The notes under the pieces are model-generated. The model saw only the letters and a program-made list of their open reading frames with translations. It was not told where the DNA came from and searched no databases. A stretch of 32,000 nt of DNA from positions 150,001 to 182,000 of the forward strand of contig DIRZ01000002.1 in assembly GCA_002421785.1 (NCBI GenBank), written 5' to 3'. The translations under genes were made by a program, and so were the position numbers. Positions 9,121 through 17,021 of the stretch are shown here, piece by piece. Origin of the DNA: Candidatus Saccharimonadota bacterium. Its GTDB lineage: Bacteria > Patescibacteriota > Saccharimonadia > Saccharimonadales > Saccharimonadaceae. Every line of letters begins with the position of its first letter. Within the stretch, counting starts at the first letter, position 1.

Positions 9121-10044
9121 ATGATTGAACTTAGCAAACTTATACAAATTCCCCTTCGTGAAGTCTGGAAGCATGAAGCATTGGATTTTACGCAGTGGCT
9201 TGCGCTGCCAGCTAATATCGAACTACTTAGCGATACTATTGGCGTAAATATCACCGAGACACAGACAGAAGTTGGGGTTGGTCAGTTCCATGTAGATATA
9301 CTCGCTGAAGATGAACATGGCCGGAAAATTGTGATAGAAAATCAACTCGAGCCAACCAACCACGATCACCTTGGGAAAATTATCACCTACGCATCAGGTT
9401 TGCAGGCTGAAGTGGTGGTGTGGATCGTTGAGCGTGCACGCGAAGAACATGAGCAGGCGATAAACTGGCTGAACGAGAATACCACCGAAGACGCAAACTT
9501 CTTCTTGCTACAGATCGAGGCATGGAAAATTGGAGATTCACGACCAGCACCAAGATTCAATATCATTGCAAAACCAAACGATTGGGCTAAAACTGTCAAA
9601 CAGAGTGCGACTGGCAATACTGTAAGCGATTTAAAGCTCAAACAACAAGACTTCTTCGAGCTACTCCGTAAGTATGGTGAGGATAATGCCCGGGTCGTAC
9701 GTAGCTGGCGAAAAACCCAGCCACAACACTGGTACGATATCAGTATCGGAACGTCTCAGGCCCATTTAAGCGCTACCATTAATTCTCGCGACCTGCTCGT
9801 TGGCATGGAAGTATATATCTCTAACAATAAAGAGCTATTCCACAAGCTACTCACCAACAAAGACGCTATTGAGTCACAGCTAGGTATGCAGCTTGATTGG
9901 CAAGAACTGCCCGACAAAAAGGCTAGCCGGATCATTGCTACAAAACAAGGCAACTTCTTGGATGAAATCGAATCACAAGAGCTAATTCGATGGCTTGTTG
10001 AGACAGCTGATGGCTTCTCTAGAGTTTTTCCAAAATATCTCTAA
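9121..10044 (+). CDS. DUF4268-like protein with N-terminal PD-(D/E)xK (NucS-like) nuclease fold
   Basis: N-terminus FHVDILAEDEHGRKIVIENQLEPTNHDHLGKIITY looks like a D..E.Q/K restriction-endonuclease-fold core. Overall layout matches my memory of DUF4268 proteins. Confidence 0.65.
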   Translation: MIELSKLIQIPLREVWKHEALDFTQWLALPANIELLSDTIGVNITETQTEVGVGQFHVDILAEDEHGRKIVIENQLEPTNHDHLGKIITYASGLQAEVVVWIVERAREEHEQAINWLNENTTEDANFFLLQIEAWKIGDSRPAPRFNIIAKPNDWAKTVKQSATGNTVSDLKLKQQDFFELLRKYGEDNARVVRSWRKTQPQHWYDISIGTSQAHLSATINSRDLLVGMEVYISNNKELFHKLLTNKDAIESQLGMQLDWQELPDKKASRIIATKQGNFLDEIESQELIRWLVETADGFSRVFPKYL

Positions 10045-10049
10045 TTCAC

Positions 10050-10078
10050 TAGACTTTACCTCTGTTACGCGGTATGTT
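10050..10078 (+). promoter_or_regulatory. conserved promoter-like motif TAGACT-N17-TATGTT (site 2, recombinase 1)
   Basis: CTAGACTTtacctctgttacGCGGTATGTTGTTGCTTGC. The -10-like box ends 10 nt before ATG 10089, implying a near-leaderless mRNA. Confidence 0.45.
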
Positions 10079-10088
10079 GTTGCTTGCA

Positions 10089-11378
10089 ATGGAAGCACAA
10101 GTACCTCAACTAAAATACTGTCTCTACGCACGAAAATCATCAGAGTCCGATGAACGTCAGGCGATGAGCATTGACTCACAGCTAGCCGAGATGCGAGCCC
10201 TCGCAGTAAACGAAGGATTAAACGTCGTCTGCGAACTACAAGAAAGCCACTCGGCGAAAGATTCAGGAAAGCGCCCCGTGTATAACCAAATGCTCGCAGG
10301 AATAGCTAATGATGAATATAACGCCGTACTCACCTGGGCCCCAGACCGCCTCAGCCGAAACGCTGGCGACTTAGGCTCAGTCGTAGACTTAATGGATCAA
10401 CATAAGCTGCTCCACATACGCACCTACTCGCAAACGTTCACCAACAGCCCGAATGAAAAGTTCTTACTCATGATCCTGTGCTCGCAGGCAAAACTCGAGA
10501 ACGACAACAAAAGCATCAATGTGAAACGCGGCATCCGAACAAAATGTGAAATGGGCTGGCGACCTGGTACCGCTCCACTCGGCTATATAAACAGATCGTT
10601 CGGCGGAGTAACCGACATCATCCCCGACCCAGATCGTTCTGATATCATCACCGAAATGTTTCATAAGGCAGCTCAGGGCTGGAGCGGCAGGAGGCTAAAG
10701 GCCTGGCTTGATGAGCAAGGCATTACGACCAGAAGTGGACGAACCGTGCCAGTGAGCAGTGTCCTCGCGATGCTTATAAACCCCTTCTACTACGGTGAGT
10801 TCCAGTACCCCGAAGGTCCAGGAAATCCATGGTACAAAGGAGCGCATAAACCACTCATTTCCAAGGAGTTGTGGGATGAAGTACAGCAGACACGTGGAGT
10901 AAATAAAGGCGTGTGGGGATCGAAGCAGTTTGCCTTCCGCGGTCTACTTAAATGCGGTCGATGCGGCGCCGAGGTAACGGCACAGGAAAAGATAAAGCTA
11001 CTCAAGAAAAAAGGTGTGCACAAAAGGTTCGTCTACTATAACTGCACCCGCAAAATTGATCCAAATTGTAAAGAGAAATATATAAACGAAGATGTATTAT
11101 GTGAGCTACTCGAACCGCTAATTGAAAAACAGGTCAAGAAGATCCGCGTAACCCCTAAACTCCAAGCGAAGATAGACCGTCACTACGCCGTCGCTCAAAA
11201 TATTCTGCGCCAATACGGAGTCGAACGGCCGCCCGCAACGCCACTCGTTGAATACTCGAGATATGTACTGCGGAGCAGTAGCGAAACAGAGAAAACCGCC
11301 TTCGCCAATGGGATCATGAATAAGATAGCCGTAAGGAATGGTGAATTAAAAATCGCCCATGAACAGACCGATCCGTAG
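10089..11378 (+). CDS. large serine recombinase (copy 1)
   Basis: Catalytic region KYCLYARKSSESDERQAMSIDSQ, then LTWAPDRLSRN, a recombinase domain and a zinc ribbon (CGRCGAE..YYNCTRK..C). I chose ATG 10089 over ATG 10074 by homology with copy 2, which starts MLDNNTQSLKYCLYARKSS. Confidence 0.9.
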   Translation: MEAQVPQLKYCLYARKSSESDERQAMSIDSQLAEMRALAVNEGLNVVCELQESHSAKDSGKRPVYNQMLAGIANDEYNAVLTWAPDRLSRNAGDLGSVVDLMDQHKLLHIRTYSQTFTNSPNEKFLLMILCSQAKLENDNKSINVKRGIRTKCEMGWRPGTAPLGYINRSFGGVTDIIPDPDRSDIITEMFHKAAQGWSGRRLKAWLDEQGITTRSGRTVPVSSVLAMLINPFYYGEFQYPEGPGNPWYKGAHKPLISKELWDEVQQTRGVNKGVWGSKQFAFRGLLKCGRCGAEVTAQEKIKLLKKKGVHKRFVYYNCTRKIDPNCKEKYINEDVLCELLEPLIEKQVKKIRVTPKLQAKIDRHYAVAQNILRQYGVERPPATPLVEYSRYVLRSSSETEKTAFANGIMNKIAVRNGELKIAHEQTDP

Positions 11379-11385
11379 CAGACGA

Positions 11386-12339
11386 CTAATTTGAGTCGAT
11401 TCCGTAGAAGGACTTCAGCTTCTTTGCGACACGCGGCGCCAGCTTTCGGGGTATAAACTTAAGCACATTATTAGCCTTATCAATTCTTGAAGGTGGAAGG
11501 TTATTGAACCCCGCGTCAATAAGTTTTTGCTCATAACCGAAAGGCATCGCGATCAATGTCTCAAAAGGTGTGCCAGCATCGTAACCACCAATACACCTAA
11601 ATCCTATAACACCATACCTCTTACGAACTATGAGAGTTACGTCGATCGGCGTCCCATGACCGAATGAGGCACTGCTCTTTATGACAGTAGAGCTCTTATA
11701 ATATGATCTATAGTGTTTTATCAGCGAACGGATCACGACATGCAGTGCAACCGCACGATTAATTAAATCATTTGTTCTTTGCAATTCGTATATTGTCGGG
11801 TATCCGGCATCATCAGCAATAGTAACCCCCGACCTGCCAGTACTCTTAATTGCATAGTCACCATGTGCGATTGCATTTCTAAATCTTGCATCGAAAGCCG
11901 ATTCGAAAGGTTGATATACATTTTCAAAATCCGTTCCCCGCGCAATCGACTTGAGTCTATCGATTTTTTGCTCAACTTTTAGATTTGCAAACTTCTTATT
12001 TCTATGGTTTGCAATTATATAATCTTCGCCCTTCACCGTGTTAACTAGGTTAGCGATAATTTCATAGTGCTCAGAACTCTCAATTAGATGGAGGTAGGTC
12101 CACAAGTTAATGTTAAATCCCAATGATCCCCTGAATTTGCGCTGTTGCTTATAAATCTCTTCGAAAACATTCTGCGTATTCTCGAACGGGTCCCATCCAT
12201 CATCACTCATCCCTCGCATCGCGAGTATCGTCATAATTACGTTAAATTCCGACACATCGAAGGCTTTCTTGAAAAGAGGTTCAAAAACCTCCATGTATTC
12301 CTCGACAAATTGAGAGTAGTTATTTGTTGCCTGAGCCAT
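11386..12339 (-). CDS. HEPN-domain (Abi-like) putative RNase
   Basis: Contains FDARFRNAIAHGDY, the R-x4-H HEPN signature. Convergent with the recombinase. Start is either ATG 12339 or upstream TTG 12363, and neither has a clear RBS. Confidence 0.65.
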   Translation of the reverse strand: MAQATNNYSQFVEEYMEVFEPLFKKAFDVSEFNVIMTILAMRGMSDDGWDPFENTQNVFEEIYKQQRKFRGSLGFNINLWTYLHLIESSEHYEIIANLVNTVKGEDYIIANHRNKKFANLKVEQKIDRLKSIARGTDFENVYQPFESAFDARFRNAIAHGDYAIKSTGRSGVTIADDAGYPTIYELQRTNDLINRAVALHVVIRSLIKHYRSYYKSSTVIKSSASFGHGTPIDVTLIVRKRYGVIGFRCIGGYDAGTPFETLIAMPFGYEQKLIDAGFNNLPPSRIDKANNVLKFIPRKLAPRVAKKLKSFYGIDSN

Positions 12340-12363
12340 ATAGAATATCTTATCACTGGTCAA

Positions 12364-12600
12364 GGAACTCGGTCAGCATTTCGGCTGTCCAGTTGCCCTA
12401 GGAGAAACCAGTCAATTTCAGGACTAAACATCAAGGGTGGACACGAAAAAACCGCCCTTTCGGACGGTTCCATCGGTTTTGTACCTTTTGGTGACATTTG
12501 GTACTTTTGTCTGACTCAAGGGGTAAATCTGACTTTTGGTCAGGGAACCCGGTCTGGGTATTTACCTGCTGAGTCTGGCTCCCCGTACAGGTCACGAACT
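12364..12600 (-). repeat. tRNA-Asn-linked non-coding module, copy 1 (most diverged; degenerate tRNA 3'-like end at 12576-12599)
   Basis: Shares blocks with 24720-24977 and 28741-29040: the hairpin GAACCGCCCTTTCGGACGGTTCC, gttttgtaccttt, and ctgctgagtctggctcc followed by ..cgaac. Confidence 0.7.
12444..12470 (-). terminator. intrinsic-terminator-like hairpin in module copy 1
   Basis: Minus strand reads AACCGTCC-GAAA-GGGCGGTT followed by TTTTCG. GNRA loop, and the stem contains one G.U pair. Confidence 0.5.
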
Positions 12601-12615
12601 ATATCGAACAGAGAA

Positions 12616-13284
12616 CTACTCATCAACAGTCTCAAGTTGACCGTCGATAAGATACTCCCAAATTACTCCATAATTTATGACTTCAGATCCTTGACCCGTC
12701 TTAAGATTAGGCACCTCAAGAGGTAGCTCCCCACCACCACTCCAGTAGTGCGTCCATATCTGCTCATTAGTTTCTGGGCTAAAACTTGCCGCATTACCAA
12801 TTTTCCACATTTGAGAAATTACCTGCATATTAACTTTAACTACACGCGCCGGAGAAGCAGTGTTAAGTTTAAATTTTACAAGATCATTCATGTCAAAATT
12901 CCATTTATCTGCCGCTTCTTTCGCATCAGATAGACCTCCAAAGGCATATAGACAACCAAAGCGAGAGGGATATTTTTTCGTCTCTTCATGACCCCTTCTG
13001 TATAGCTCTGCATTGTAGTCAACCGTATATTCGCTGACCTCCCTAAGACTGAAACTACTAGGTGATTGCATATCGACATCTGGATTTGGTATAAATGGCA
13101 GATAGTCTACCGATCCTGATATGAATTTCATACGTTTATCAATATCAAAGAATGTATTCGCGATTGAAGCAGACGTTAAGGTTTTAGTTAATCTATAGTT
13201 CCATTTAAGAGTCCACATCCTATCATGGTGAAGGAATATATAAAAAATATCAGGTACATCTTCGTTGGTATTCAGAGTCTTCAT
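12616..13284 (-). CDS. hypothetical 222-aa protein (last gene of the macrodomain operon)
   Basis: Clean ORF in an AT-rich block, 38 nt downstream of the previous gene. No recognisable motif. Confidence 0.6.
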   Translation of the reverse strand: MKTLNTNEDVPDIFYIFLHHDRMWTLKWNYRLTKTLTSASIANTFFDIDKRMKFISGSVDYLPFIPNPDVDMQSPSSFSLREVSEYTVDYNAELYRRGHEETKKYPSRFGCLYAFGGLSDAKEAADKWNFDMNDLVKFKLNTASPARVVKVNMQVISQMWKIGNAASFSPETNEQIWTHYWSGGGELPLEVPNLKTGQGSEVINYGVIWEYLIDGQLETVDE

Positions 13285-13322
13285 ACATTTACATTATAGA
13301 TATAGATGCTACAAATGAGACA

Positions 13323-15095
13323 CTACTTATCGTCGTCCAGATTAAGACCGAAGCTAGTGCCTAGGACAGCCCCGGCGCGCCTCAGGTATGCTATAGTTTC
13401 GTCATGGACTCCATCCCGTGGAGGTGATTTTATAAGAACCTCCTTCCCCTCCTCGTCGAGCACTCCTGAATCACCATACTTCTCTAATAGCTTAATGACC
13501 ATATCTTGGTAAGTTGCGCCTTTATCCATTAACATAGGGTCTGTTTTTGGCATTTTATCGTGGCAGTATGCTGTTTGTGCCCCCATCCTCAAGACCGATC
13601 TTAATGTCTCTTTGTGCCAGTTAACCTCAATATCTTCTCCGAACATTGAAGAAGTTATATCTTCGGGGTCATAACTCTCAAATGACTCCTGTGTTAGTTT
13701 CAAAAAGTCTTCAATTTTCAATAAAGAAAGGCAGGTATTACGAGAGTTGCCCACCTTGATAGCAGCATTTAGCAATGTTTCATGTTGGTGCATTAAACTA
13801 AAGAACTGATTTTCATAAACATGCTTATCAGCTTCAGTTAACGTACGGTAGTCGATATTTTCCTTTAGAGCTCGAGCGATGACGTACATTGCATCAAGAA
13901 AGATTCTTATGTCTTTCATCTGTGTTTCTTCATGAGAATCAAACTTTTGGCCTATTCCCCATAGGCAATTTGTTAATGCACTTAGTGGAGTTTCATAGGT
14001 ACCACTGAACATCAGTGGGGTTTGCTCGAGCCCAACCATATCACCTATTAAGCGTTCGCCAAGCCATGACACATCACGAATCACATCGTCTATACGCTCC
14101 TGGCTCATTTCATCTTCCACATCAAACAGTCGTTCACCAATGTTTCGGTATATTCCCATCAGCTTCTTGAATGTTTCCTGATCCTTCTCTCGAAAAACGT
14201 CTCCTATATCTTTCATTAAATCTAGGATGCTACTGAGCATATTTAGTTTATTATTAGTTACGACATCATTGGCAACTCTCTCAACAGAATCGAGAATGTG
14301 AAACAGTGCGGTATGTAGCCCTTGTGAGCTTGCCAGCTCTATACTGTTTCTTATTACATCGCAGTAATAACTAAGGAACTGCGTACTGGAAGGATCTTTT
14401 AAATAAATGGCTTCTAAAGCCATAAGTGAACGTATTAGAAGCGTAGTATCGGACCGTTGGACGGCCTGCATAATAAAAGACTCTATAGGTGCCAGCGGGT
14501 TTTCCGCACCCCTATTGGTCTTTCGCATCTCGGCATGCTGTACAAGCCTCTTCTTATAATTTGTTAGGCCATCTTGAATGATTTGTTTTTCATCTTCTGA
14601 TGGTTCTCCTCCTAGAATCATAGAGGTTGACACTACGGTATGCTCTTCAGGTGGACGACCGTAACGGTATTTGAGGTATTCGCTAAAGGCTGCTTGATCA
14701 TAGTTATCAGTATGGAAGTGCAGTGCCTCAGATGGCACAAGATAACGCGTCTCCTTATATATAAACCAGCCTAATAGAATTATTGAGAGAGGGATTGTTA
14801 GAAGTATAATCAACGCAACAATGGGATTTTCGAGAATATAATTTATGCAATAGTTTTCATTCGGGAAAAAATCGTGACTTGGAAAAGCTAGCATGAGACT
14901 CGCTCCTCCAGTCACCAACAGACCGCCGACAAAGACAGACGCCATTGCGATAAAGGCAGGAGCTTCGAATAGTTTCCGGCTATTCTTATAAATTAAAAAC
15001 GACTGCAATATTTGAGCGATTGCAATGATAGCAGCCACACCGATACCAACAATCGTCACTTGAATGGAGAATAATGTGTTGTAAAAATCAAGCAT
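13323..15095 (-). CDS. 590-aa membrane protein (about 4 N-terminal TM helices plus a large helical soluble domain)
   Basis: N-terminal ~120 aa has hydrophobic stretches (VTIVGIGVAAIIAIAQIL, FIAMASVFVGGLLVTGGASLML, IVALIILLTIPLSIILLGWFIY). The rest is charged and helical. No known motif. Confidence 0.65.
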   Translation of the reverse strand: MLDFYNTLFSIQVTIVGIGVAAIIAIAQILQSFLIYKNSRKLFEAPAFIAMASVFVGGLLVTGGASLMLAFPSHDFFPNENYCINYILENPIVALIILLTIPLSIILLGWFIYKETRYLVPSEALHFHTDNYDQAAFSEYLKYRYGRPPEEHTVVSTSMILGGEPSEDEKQIIQDGLTNYKKRLVQHAEMRKTNRGAENPLAPIESFIMQAVQRSDTTLLIRSLMALEAIYLKDPSSTQFLSYYCDVIRNSIELASSQGLHTALFHILDSVERVANDVVTNNKLNMLSSILDLMKDIGDVFREKDQETFKKLMGIYRNIGERLFDVEDEMSQERIDDVIRDVSWLGERLIGDMVGLEQTPLMFSGTYETPLSALTNCLWGIGQKFDSHEETQMKDIRIFLDAMYVIARALKENIDYRTLTEADKHVYENQFFSLMHQHETLLNAAIKVGNSRNTCLSLLKIEDFLKLTQESFESYDPEDITSSMFGEDIEVNWHKETLRSVLRMGAQTAYCHDKMPKTDPMLMDKGATYQDMVIKLLEKYGDSGVLDEEGKEVLIKSPPRDGVHDETIAYLRRAGAVLGTSFGLNLDDDK

Positions 15096-15142
15096 TTATT
15101 CTATTAGTATACCGTGTGACAGGCATGTAATTACAGCATAAG

Positions 15143-15667
15143 CTATATAGATGAGACTAAGTGCACGTTTTCGCAAATCACCTGGTCTCCTATGGTGTAT
15201 ACAAAGAAACTGATATTGAGTTTTGACTCTGGATTATCTTCAAAGTATTCGTTAATAGCTTCAAATGCTAAAGCCGCCGCTTCCTTTTTCGGGTAGCGAT
15301 GTATTCCTGCTGAGAGCAGTGGAAATGCAATAGATACAATGTTGAGCTCCTCGGCTCTACGGAGCGACTCCCAGTAACAGCTTTTGAGAATGTCGGCTTC
15401 ATTTCCATGATGATCGCCATAGATAGGGGTTGCAGTATGAACTATGTATTTAGCTGATAATCTAAAGCCTGGAGTCACTACCGCATCGCCGAACGCACAG
15501 TAATTAATCTCATCACATACTTTAGTAAGCTCTTCATCTCCGGCCGCTTCAAAGATTTGCCCGCACAATCCACCACCACCCTTAAGTGCAATATTCGCAG
15601 GATTTACGATAGCATCACCGTCAAAATCTAATATGTCTCCTTGAATGATTTTTATATGCTGATTCAT
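15143..15667 (-). CDS. stand-alone macrodomain protein (MacroD/YmdB-like ADP-ribose hydrolase)
   Basis: IIQGDILDFDGDAIVNPANIALKGGGGLCGQIFEAAG and IVHTATPIY are classic macrodomain motifs. Confidence 0.85.
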   Translation of the reverse strand: MNQHIKIIQGDILDFDGDAIVNPANIALKGGGGLCGQIFEAAGDEELTKVCDEINYCAFGDAVVTPGFRLSAKYIVHTATPIYGDHHGNEADILKSCYWESLRRAEELNIVSIAFPLLSAGIHRYPKKEAAALAFEAINEYFEDNPESKLNISFFVYTIGDQVICENVHLVSSI

Positions 15668-15701
15668 AGTGCTTGCTACCTTAGCTTACATTCACAAAAT
15701 G

Positions 15702-16895
15702 TCATAGTATTATGTCGGTTCCGTCGGGTGCTTTAAGCTTCCACGGACCACTATCACTCTTTGGCGTATCTGGTTTCTTCATTTTCCCAGCCTTTATATC
15801 CCGCTCTACAAGCTTTTTCAGATCTTCTTCGCGCTCGTAGGCTCGCAGGCGTCCATTTAAATACCCGAGTCGATACGAAATACCATTACTCATGAGTCGC
15901 CAGTTGGTATCCTGAAGCGCTTTTTCTACTGTTTTCTTAAGGGTCTTTTCACTATCTCGGTCGTCACGATTACTCTTTCCATCAAGGCAGTTAAATCCCA
16001 CGAATACGTCTTTACCCATTTCTGGCTTATCTAAACTGAATTCGATATAACCGGCCTTTTCAAGCGCAGGAGCAAGTATAGTATTCAACTCTGCGATCTT
16101 TGGCTTTTTCATTTCTTTCATGGCATCGTAAAGATATTTATTGTCCTCCTTCTCTTTGAACTCTTTACCAAGTCTAGCCATTTCTTGGAAATCGTGGCGC
16201 ATTTTGAATAGGCGGTCGCGGAACTCCGTATCATGCAGGCAATAATGCGCACGATCCTTGTCAAAATCAGGATCGGGTTTTTTCTCCTTGCTCATTAAGT
16301 CCATTTTATCCTTGAAGCTATGTTTACATGATGCGCACGTATATGTGATCGTGATAGCTTTTTTGGTTTTCGTTGTTTTATGTGTTTCTTCCGACTGGCA
16401 TTTTGGACATACAGTTGGTTTAACTTTCCACACCGTGCAATCTTCCCAAAAGGCGCTGTTCTTATCGCAATGAGGACAGCGCAACATGAATAACACTTCT
16501 TCTGAATCATCAATTTCGTATGTTTCACCGCGATGCATCAACGATTTGTCGATAATTCGGAGTCCCTGTTTGCCACAATGATGACACGAAGGCTCTTCTG
16601 CAAGTCGTGCTGATGATATCTGCTCGTCCTTTGCCCGATCCCTAGCAATCCATTCCTGGATTTTGCTGTCTCGTTTTTCATAGCGATCCAGCAGCTCATT
16701 GCCCACGGTTTCCATATAGAAAACATTCAGGAGAAAGGCGTTGCCAGGTTTATCAACCTTTTCTCCTTTAGGGAGTTTGCTTTCGAATTCAGAGTAAAAG
16801 TTATCGTAATGGCTCATACCGCGACGAGCAGACTCAACGGTTAGTCGATCATAAAGATTCTCGTAGTGCTGGCGTTCTTTGAGATGAGTGTACAT
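15702..16895 (-). CDS. 397-aa protein with four CxxC pairs (two predicted zinc ribbons)
   Basis: CHHCGKQG..CPHCDKNS..CPKCQSE..CASCKHS in the central region. RBS AGAGGG precedes ATG 16895. First gene after the tRNA pair. Confidence 0.65.
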   Translation of the reverse strand: MYTHLKERQHYENLYDRLTVESARRGMSHYDNFYSEFESKLPKGEKVDKPGNAFLLNVFYMETVGNELLDRYEKRDSKIQEWIARDRAKDEQISSARLAEEPSCHHCGKQGLRIIDKSLMHRGETYEIDDSEEVLFMLRCPHCDKNSAFWEDCTVWKVKPTVCPKCQSEETHKTTKTKKAITITYTCASCKHSFKDKMDLMSKEKKPDPDFDKDRAHYCLHDTEFRDRLFKMRHDFQEMARLGKEFKEKEDNKYLYDAMKEMKKPKIAELNTILAPALEKAGYIEFSLDKPEMGKDVFVGFNCLDGKSNRDDRDSEKTLKKTVEKALQDTNWRLMSNGISYRLGYLNGRLRAYEREEDLKKLVERDIKAGKMKKPDTPKSDSGPWKLKAPDGTDIIL

Positions 16896-16933
16896 GAATC
16901 CCTCTTGTTAGAAATTCGGACATAATCCGGAGC

Positions 16934-17018
16934 TCTAAGGAGGGGGATTCGAACCCCCGGAGGCTTTCACCTCGCCTGCCCCTCAGACAGGTGCCATCGA
17001 CCACTCGGCCACCCTTCC
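16934..17018 (-). tRNA. type-II tRNA-Leu(GAG) with mismatched top of the acceptor stem
   Basis: Minus strand: GGAAGGG TG GCC..GGC, anticodon arm CCTGT-CTGAGGG-GCAGG, long variable arm GAGG-TGAAAG-CCTC, T arm GGGGG-TTCGAAT-CCCCC, then TCCTTAG-A. Pairs 1:72 (G/G) and 2:71 (G/A) do not form. No encoded CCA. Confidence 0.65.
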
Positions 17019-17021
17019 TTC

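Larger units (their letters stand above)
6413..12600 (+). mobile_element. putative serine-recombinase integrative module, copy 1 (boundaries uncertain)
   Basis: Same gene order as 20225-24977: ParB-MTase, overlapping HTH, variable slot, large serine recombinase, convergent cargo gene, ~240-nt module with a tRNA-3'-like end. Confidence 0.5.

Noticed and set aside
10074-10088. Upstream starts proposed by the ORF track for recombinase 1 (10074), recombinase 2 (22758), methylase 2 (20183), XRE (18965), the membrane protein (22159) and ArsR (28680)
   Set aside because: The N-terminal extensions are not conserved between paralogues. They run through predicted promoters or overlap upstream genes. 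Internal ATGs either have good RBSs or align between the two copies.
12145-12726. 193-aa plus-strand ORF spanning module copy 1; also 24784-25008 (+) and 28743-29060 (-) spanning copies 2 and 3
   Set aside because: The three copies do not conserve any reading frame or strand. The ORFs run through tRNA sequence and the hairpin. The conservation pattern is patchy and RNA-like rather than codon-like.
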